From: an uncultured Flavobacteriales bacterium
Lineage (GTDB): Bacteria; Bacteroidota; Bacteroidia; Flavobacteriales; BACL11
Length of the DNA stretch: 64,000 nucleotides
Reading direction: 5' to 3'
NCBI GenBank assembly: GCA_964004625.1
Contig: CAXFOB010000033.1
Coordinates: 23,820-87,819, forward strand
Under the pieces are notes generated by a model, which made no database searches, was not told the DNA's origin, and worked only from the letters and a program-made list of their open reading frames with translations. The translations under genes and the position numbers were made by a program. Numbering within the stretch: position 1 is the first letter of the stretch; each line of letters starts with the position of its first letter. Shown in pieces: positions 58,136 to 64,000 of this stretch.

Positions 58136-59578
58136 CTAAATTTTAACACATACATTTTTAGGTTCTGTAAAAAAATGTAAGGATTTAAAACCTCCTTCTC
58201 TACCTACACCTGAGTGCTTCATCCCTCCAAATGGAATTCTTAAATCTCTCAATAGCCAAGTGTTAATCCATACCACTCCAGAGTCAATTTCTGCAGCAAC
58301 TCTATGTGCTCTACTTACATTTTCTGTAAAGATAGAGGCGGATAATCCATATTTAGTAGAATTAGCCATTTCAATTACTTCCTCCTCTGTTTTAAAAGGA
58401 ATAATACTCACCACAGGTCCAAATATTTCTTCTTGATTTACTTCACATTCAGAAGAAAGTCCTTCAATAATTGTAGGTTGAACATAATATCCTTCTTTTA
58501 GATCTCCTTCTAAGACTGCTCGTTCTCCTCCTAAAAGTATTTTACCACCTAGTTGTTTCGCTAATTCTATTTTACTCAAAATCTTTTCCATATGTTCTTT
58601 AGAAACCACCGCTCCCAAATTAGTGTTTACATTTTTCGGGTCCCCAACTTTTAATTTAGCAGCTTTTTTTACAAGTGCATCTCTAAACTTTTCGTAAATT
58701 TCTTCTTGTACAAATAATCGGGAACCACATAAACATATTTGTCCCTGATTAGTAAATGCAGCTCGAGAGGCAAAACTTACCGCTTTGTCAAAATCTGCAT
58801 CTGCAAATACAATATTTGGATTTTTACCACCTAACTCTAAAGAAAGTTTCTTAAACATCGGAGCTGTAACAGTTGCAATGTGTTTTCCGGTAACTGTACC
58901 TCCAGTAAAGGAAACGATAGGAGTGTCCGGGTGTGTGGTAAGCGGATCTCCAGTTCTACTCCCCAATCCATGAACAATATTTAAAACTCCTTTAGGTAAT
59001 CCTGCCTCTATGCATATTTTACTAAACAAATAAGCAGTCATAGGAGTAATTTCGGAGGGTTTTGCAACTACAGTATTTCCTGAAGCAAGTGCAGGGGCAA
59101 TTTTCCAAGTAAGCAAATACAAAGGTAAATTCCAAGGAGAAATACAAGCTGCTACTCCAACTGGTTGACGCAAAGTATAGTTGATTGCAGTTCCGTCCAT
59201 TTCGTGCATTTTTGAACTATCGTGTAAGATTGCTCCTGCAAAAAATCGGATGTTGGCAGGTGCTCTTGGGATATCTACATGTGCAGCTAAAGTTTCTGGC
59301 TTCCCATTATCTTTACTTTCTGCTTTTATCAATTCATCAGAATACTTTTCAATCGTATCAGCTAGTGTCATTAGGATGTCTGAACGTTGTTGCTTTGGTG
59401 TTTTACTCCAAGTTTTAAAAGCTTCTTTTGCAGATGCTACAGCTATATCAATATCTTCTTTCCTAGAATCCGGAATTAAGGAATAAACTTCACCATTAGA
59501 AGGGTTGAAATTGTCTAAATACTTGCCATTTATTGGTGATACCAACTGTCCATTAATATAGTTTAAAATTTTCTCCAC
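58136..59578 (-). CDS. Aldehyde dehydrogenase, probable 2-aminomuconate-6-semialdehyde dehydrogenase
   Basis: ISPWNLPLYLLTWK, FTGGT, LELGGKN, NQGQICLCGSR, EEIFGP. Start moved to GTG 59578. Confidence 0.88.
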   Translation of the reverse strand: MEKILNYINGQLVSPINGKYLDNFNPSNGEVYSLIPDSRKEDIDIAVASAKEAFKTWSKTPKQQRSDILMTLADTIEKYSDELIKAESKDNGKPETLAAHVDIPRAPANIRFFAGAILHDSSKMHEMDGTAINYTLRQPVGVAACISPWNLPLYLLTWKIAPALASGNTVVAKPSEITPMTAYLFSKICIEAGLPKGVLNIVHGLGSRTGDPLTTHPDTPIVSFTGGTVTGKHIATVTAPMFKKLSLELGGKNPNIVFADADFDKAVSFASRAAFTNQGQICLCGSRLFVQEEIYEKFRDALVKKAAKLKVGDPKNVNTNLGAVVSKEHMEKILSKIELAKQLGGKILLGGERAVLEGDLKEGYYVQPTIIEGLSSECEVNQEEIFGPVVSIIPFKTEEEVIEMANSTKYGLSASIFTENVSRAHRVAAEIDSGVVWINTWLLRDLRIPFGGMKHSGVGREGGFKSLHFFTEPKNVCVKI

Positions 59579-59579
59579 T

Positions 59580-60359
59580 TTATAAACTTTTAGTTCTTCC
59601 TCCATCTACAGGCACATTAATTCCATTTATGTAAGAAGCTGCAGGAGTACATAAAAATACCACTGCGTTTGCTACTTCATTTGCTGTTCCAAATCTTGCG
59701 GCAGGAACTGTTGATTTCATTTCATTTGAAATTTCTTCTTCAGATTTCCCTTGCACTTCTGCTTTCGTTGCAATTAGACTTTTTAGCCTGTTCGTATTTG
59801 TAAATCCTGGCAGCACATTATTTACGGTAATACCATACGCTCCTAGCTCTATAGATAAAGTTTTGGACCAATTCGCAACTGCAGCTCTAATGGTGTTAGA
59901 TACTCCCAAACCAGGTATGGGAGCTTTTACAGAAGTAGAAATAATATTTACAATTCTTCCATATCCTTCCGCCTTCATATTTTCTACAACTTTTTGCACT
60001 AAAATCTGATTGTTTACTAAATGCATTCTAAAGGCATTTTCAAAAGAATCGGTATTTGCTTCAGTAATCGGACCTCCTGCAGGTCCTCCAGTATTGTTTA
60101 CTAAAATATGATAACTACCTTCTAATAAATTTACTTCTTCTTTTAGTTTTTTAGAGTCCGAAAAATCAATACAAAGAAAGGAATGTACTTGTCCTTGAGA
60201 TTTGTCTAATTCGTTTAAAACATTTAATAATTTACTTTCATTTCTTGCAATTAGAGTAATATTTGCTCCCAATTTTGCTAATTCTATTGCAGAAGCCTCT
60301 CCAATTCCCTGGGTACTTCCACATACAATTGCATTTTTATTTTTTAAGTCTAAGTTCAT
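59580..60359 (-). CDS. Short-chain dehydrogenase/reductase, atypical (no YxxxK)
   Basis: CGSTQGIG, LVNNTGGP, SNTIR at the YxxxK position, VNNVLPG, VDGG. Confidence 0.85.
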   Translation of the reverse strand: MNLDLKNKNAIVCGSTQGIGEASAIELAKLGANITLIARNESKLLNVLNELDKSQGQVHSFLCIDFSDSKKLKEEVNLLEGSYHILVNNTGGPAGGPITEANTDSFENAFRMHLVNNQILVQKVVENMKAEGYGRIVNIISTSVKAPIPGLGVSNTIRAAVANWSKTLSIELGAYGITVNNVLPGFTNTNRLKSLIATKAEVQGKSEEEISNEMKSTVPAARFGTANEVANAVVFLCTPAASYINGINVPVDGGRTKSL

Positions 60360-61447
60360 TATTTTGTATAATTAAATCCTAAAGTATCTTTTATGTTTTG
60401 AGGAAGTTCTGGTAAGTAGGAACGAGAAATCATAAGAGTGGAAATATTTGCCAGATCCGTAAATAGTTTGTGTTTGTCTACTGTTTCCTTTAGATATCCC
60501 TGTCCCGAACTTCCTCCAGTTCCAATTTTTTGTCCTAGCATTTTCTCAACCATCTGAACATGTCTAAAACGCCACGTTGAGATTTTATGATCCAGCTCTA
60601 CTAAGCTTCTTAAAAATTGATAAGGCAAATGTAATATTGGTTCATCTCTATATAAATTTATCAGCAGTGAGGACATTGTTGCCTTGTATGAAAGAGAAGT
60701 TTCTCCTTCTTCCATTGCTTTATTATGTTCTGTCTCAGAGAGTACTCTTTCAAAATACTTTTTATTTTCCTCAATCATACGAATTCTAATCTCTATATCA
60801 CTATCTGTTAAATTTGCCTCTTTAATTCCTGTAATCTCTTTATCTAACATCTGATTTACAGACTGCTCATATTTTGAGGTAAAATCAAATCCATCCATAT
60901 TCAAAAATGGAATACGTTCTAACCATTTTTCTACTAAAGTAAATAAGGATTGATTTTCTTCTAAATTTAAAATCTCTTCTTTCTTATCTCCTTCAAATTG
61001 GGAGTGATAAGGACATCCTCCAAATTGATGTCTTTTCTTAATTTTTAAGCCCAATGTAACCTCTAACTTTCGGAATTGATGGGATTGAAACCCAGACGCA
61101 GGTGAAAGGTAATGACGAAAATCTAGGAAGTCTAAAGAAGTCATAGTCTCCAAAATATCTAGTTGCCCTACTAAGGTCGTCATTATTTTATTTACCCTAT
61201 CCATTCTTCCGACAATTATTCCCATTGAAGATTCGTCTACCTTGTCTTCTTTAAAAAGATTCATTATGGATTTTACTTCATGTAATATTTGCTTGAACCA
61301 CAATTCGTAAGTTTGATGGATAATAATAAATAACATTTCCTCATGTGCCTCGCCTCCTTTTTCTTTACTTACAGGGTGTTGAGCATCTAGTATTTTATCT
61401 AAATCTAAGTAATTTATATAATGTAGGGATGAAATTTTTTCTGACAT
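60359..61447 (-). CDS. kynA: Tryptophan 2,3-dioxygenase (long form)
   Basis: HEEMLFIIIHQTYELWFKQ, FLDFR..LSPASGFQS, WRFRH, GTGGSSG..YL. Confidence 0.95.
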   Translation of the reverse strand: MSEKISSLHYINYLDLDKILDAQHPVSKEKGGEAHEEMLFIIIHQTYELWFKQILHEVKSIMNLFKEDKVDESSMGIIVGRMDRVNKIMTTLVGQLDILETMTSLDFLDFRHYLSPASGFQSHQFRKLEVTLGLKIKKRHQFGGCPYHSQFEGDKKEEILNLEENQSLFTLVEKWLERIPFLNMDGFDFTSKYEQSVNQMLDKEITGIKEANLTDSDIEIRIRMIEENKKYFERVLSETEHNKAMEEGETSLSYKATMSSLLINLYRDEPILHLPYQFLRSLVELDHKISTWRFRHVQMVEKMLGQKIGTGGSSGQGYLKETVDKHKLFTDLANISTLMISRSYLPELPQNIKDTLGFNYTK

Positions 61448-61490
61448 CAAATTAAAATATTATAAAGTTGTAAAAGTAAGCAATCTGAAT

Positions 61491-62309
61491 TTAAATGAAA
61501 AGAGAAATCATTAAAAAGAGATAGAAGAAAATACTTAAAGATTCTATCCAAAATGAGAAATAGAAATCATCTTTATTTTCGTCAGATTTAATAATTAAAA
61601 CACTAGAAAAACAGCAACAAAGAATTATTGCGATCAATATATTAACACTCAAATTATAATACAGATGTTGATAAAAAGAAATAATTTTCAAAGCAATTAA
61701 TGAAAGAATTGCAATAAGTCTGGAAAAAAAAGTACCTAATAAAACGGGGATTGTTTTTATATTATTCTTGTCGTATTTTACATCTCGAATATCAAATGGT
61801 ATTGTTATTGCAAACACAAATAAAAATCTAGAAAAAAGTTGTAAAATAGTATTTGAATTTAACGGAAGGTTATTTTCTGAAATTAGCAATCCCATACTAC
61901 TAATGGTCCAGATAGATGAAATAATAAATATTTTTAAGAAAGGAATTTTTCTTAAACCAAAAGGGTATAAAACAGAGATAATTCCTGTAGTTAATATAAG
62001 AATTTGTGTGTTTGGTTTAAACTGAAAAAAGAAAAATAAACTAATAAAACCAGAGAAGGTAATTAAAGAATAAATAAAAGCAAGATTATTCAATAACCAT
62101 TCTTTTCTTTTATGAGCAATCCCATTTTTTATTCGAACTATTCGTTGAAAATTATATGTAAAAATTGTTGAGAAAAACACAAAAACATTAATATAACCAT
62201 TCTTACTTTCTAAAAGAATTTGAGAGCTTAATGCTAGAACAATAATACAGGTAGCAACAAAAATATTTGAATTGATTAAATGATTAAAAATACTTTTTAC
62301 TCCATTCAT
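61491..62309 (-). CDS. UbiA-prenyltransferase-like membrane protein
   Basis: Multi-TM. LRKIPFLKIF and PFDIRDVKYD...TIP motifs. Confidence 0.7.
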   Translation of the reverse strand: MNGVKSIFNHLINSNIFVATCIIVLALSSQILLESKNGYINVFVFFSTIFTYNFQRIVRIKNGIAHKRKEWLLNNLAFIYSLITFSGFISLFFFFQFKPNTQILILTTGIISVLYPFGLRKIPFLKIFIISSIWTISSMGLLISENNLPLNSNTILQLFSRFLFVFAITIPFDIRDVKYDKNNIKTIPVLLGTFFSRLIAILSLIALKIISFYQHLYYNLSVNILIAIILCCCFSSVLIIKSDENKDDFYFSFWIESLSIFFYLFLMISLFI

Positions 62310-62313
62310 GTTT

Positions 62314-62371
62314 CAAAAGTATGATTTTTTATTAACAATTGACTTTATTAGAATTTCAATGCTTAATTTTG
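62314..62371. promoter_or_regulatory. Divergent -7 elements (TACTTTTG minus 62321-62314; TAATTTTG plus 62364-62371)
   Basis: Two exact TAnnTTTG matches between the UbiA-like gene and gcvP. Confidence 0.55.
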
Positions 62372-62397
62372 CACTATTAAAAATTTAATTTATTAAT

Positions 62398-64000
62398 ATG
62401 AATAATTTCTCTGAAAGGCATAATGGAATAGTAAAAGAGGATCTAAAGAAAATGTTGACTGATATTGGAGTACAATCTCTTGAAGAATTAATAGAACAAA
62501 CTATACCTTCCTCTATTAGGTTAGAAAATGAGTTAGATTTACCAAAAGCCTTAAGCGAAAGCCGTTTTTTGGAACACATGTATTCACTTGCTAAAAAGAA
62601 TAAAAATTATAGATCTTATATAGGGATGGGTTATTTTAACACTATTCTACCTCCTGTCATTCAAAGAAATATATTAGAAAATCCAAGTTGGTATACCGCT
62701 TATACGCCTTATCAGGCGGAGATAGCCCAGGGGAGATTAGAAGCCCTGTTAAATTTTCAGACAATGGTTTGCGATTTGACTGGAATGGAAATATCAAATT
62801 CCTCATTATTAGATGAAGGTACAGCAGCTGCCGAATCAATGTGCATGTTGTATAATACGATGAGTAGGGTAAAAAAGAAATCAGGTTCAAATAAGTTTTT
62901 TATATCAGAACTTTGTTACCCTCAAACAATTGATGTGCTAAAAACAAGAGCAGAGCCGCTAGGAATTGAGTTAGTGATAGGGGACTATAATACTGTTGTT
63001 TTATCACAAGATTTTTTTGGGATATTATTACAATATCCTGCTAAATATGGAGAAGTATTAGATTATTCTGAAATTGTTAATAAAGCAAAATCTTATGAGG
63101 CTGGAGTAGCTGTAGCAGCAGATTTGCTTAGTCTTTCTATTCTTACTCCTCCAGGTGAGTGGGGAGCAGATGTAGTGATTGGTACCTCCCAAAGATTTGG
63201 TATTCCAATGGGATACGGTGGCCCTCATGCAGCTTATTTTGCGACTCATGAAAAATATAAAAGAAATATCCCTGGAAGAATTGTAGGAGTAACAAGAGAT
63301 GTTGATGGAAATAGAGCGTTAAGAATGGCTCTTCAAACAAGAGAACAACACATTAAAAGAGAAAAAGCTACTTCTAATATATGTACTGCACAAGTATTGT
63401 TAGCGGTCATGGCTTCTATGTATGGAGTGTTTCATGGACCTAAAGGATTAAGGTCAATCGGTAAAAAAATACATTCTTTAACCTCAAAACTTTCTGAAGG
63501 ATTAACTCAATTAGGTTACAAACAGATCAACAAAACCTATTTTGATACCATTTTAATAAATGTAGGTAATGTATCTATGGAAAACGTAAATACTTATGCG
63601 GAAGATGCTAAAATAAACTTTAATTATATTGATGAAAAAACATTATCAATTAGCTTAGATGAGAAGGATGATATAAGTAACATTAATGATATTCTGGATG
63701 TATTTGCAAAAAGTTGTAACCATTCTGACTCAAAAAACTTAATTGATGAAGTATTAAAAGGGAATTATAATGAAGCGTACAATAGAATTCCTGAGAATCT
63801 GTATAGAACATCAGAGTATTTACAAAATGAGGTGTTTAATTCTTATCATTCCGAAACAGAAATGATGAGGTATATTAAAAGATTAGAGAATAAAGATTTA
63901 TCTTTAACTCATTCTATGATTTCTCTTGGGAGTTGTACTATGAAATTAAATGCTGCATCTGAATTATTACCGTTAAGTTGGATGGAGCTTGGTAATCTTC
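62398..64000 (+). CDS. gcvP: Glycine dehydrogenase (decarboxylating), 3' end outside window
   Basis: Hand translation MNNFSERHNG...SYIGMGY...ILENPSWYTAYTPYQAEIAQGRLEALLNFQT...QRFGIPMGYGGPHAAY...TREQHIKREKATSNICTAQ...LGSCTMKLN. Confidence 0.97.
   Translation, partial: MNNFSERHNGIVKEDLKKMLTDIGVQSLEELIEQTIPSSIRLENELDLPKALSESRFLEHMYSLAKKNKNYRSYIGMGYFNTILPPVIQRNILENPSWYTAYTPYQAEIAQGRLEALLNFQTMVCDLTGMEISNSSLLDEGTAAAESMCMLYNTMSRVKKKSGSNKFFISELCYPQTIDVLKTRAEPLGIELVIGDYNTVVLSQDFFGILLQYPAKYGEVLDYSEIVNKAKSYEAGVAVAADLLSLSILTPPGEWGADVVIGTSQRFGIPMGYGGPHAAYFATHEKYKRNIPGRIVGVTRDVDGNRALRMALQTREQHIKREKATSNICTAQVLLAVMASMYGVFHGPKGLRSIGKKIHSLTSKLSEGLTQLGYKQINKTYFDTILINVGNVSMENVNTYAEDAKINFNYIDEKTLSISLDEKDDISNINDILDVFAKSCNHSDSKNLIDEVLKGNYNEAYNRIPENLYRTSEYLQNEVFNSYHSETEMMRYIKRLENKDLSLTHSMISLGSCTMKLNAASELLPLSWMELGNL

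Noticed and set aside
61491..62309. UbiA-like gene as part of the kynurenine pathway (prenylated product)
   Set aside because: It is co-oriented, but a separate promoter-like TACTTTTA precedes TDO and nothing else links them. Kept as a feature only.
1493..63340. Many short antisense or alternate-frame ORFs in the track (e.g. 1493-2005, 7686-7877, 12187-12429, 15955-16323, 28082-28465, 59181-59486, 62385-63340)
   Set aside because: They lie inside well-supported genes, lack recognisable motifs and are the expected shadow ORFs. Those after 62385 are antisense to gcvP.

Overview
This is an AT-rich, very gene-dense chromosomal segment that reads as a Bacteroidota/Flavobacteriales genome. The evidence is sprA, T9SS C-terminal sorting domains, TAnnTTTG promoter elements and the maeB-ruvA-sprA-gcvH-tonB order. 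I saw no rRNA, tRNA, CRISPR array or mobile element. Housekeeping genes include maeB, ruvA, sprA, gcvH, tsaB, a DEAD-box helicase, pyrC, tyrS, gpmI and a partial gcvP. Three accessory systems stand out. (1) A ~21 kb surface-polysaccharide locus (12.5-33.4 kb) couples PAPS synthesis and recycling (cysDNC, cysQ) to five sulfotransferases, Wzx/Wzy, only two glycosyltransferases plus a WecA-like initiator, and a secreted clan GH-A hydrolase; it is a candidate for a heavily sulfated, glycosaminoglycan-like polymer. (2) A three-gene unit (35.9-41.9 kb) encodes a T9SS lamin-tail protein, a TonB-dependent receptor and a T9SS OB-fold/FN3/double-HKD protein, and may scavenge extracellular nucleic acid or phospholipid. 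(3) A ten-gene kynurenine-type tryptophan catabolic operon (52.3-61.4 kb) carries an atypical SDR and a GNAT of unassigned role. I also found two small ORFs missing from the track and four genes that look leaderless. All product calls come from motif recognition by eye; no searches were run.
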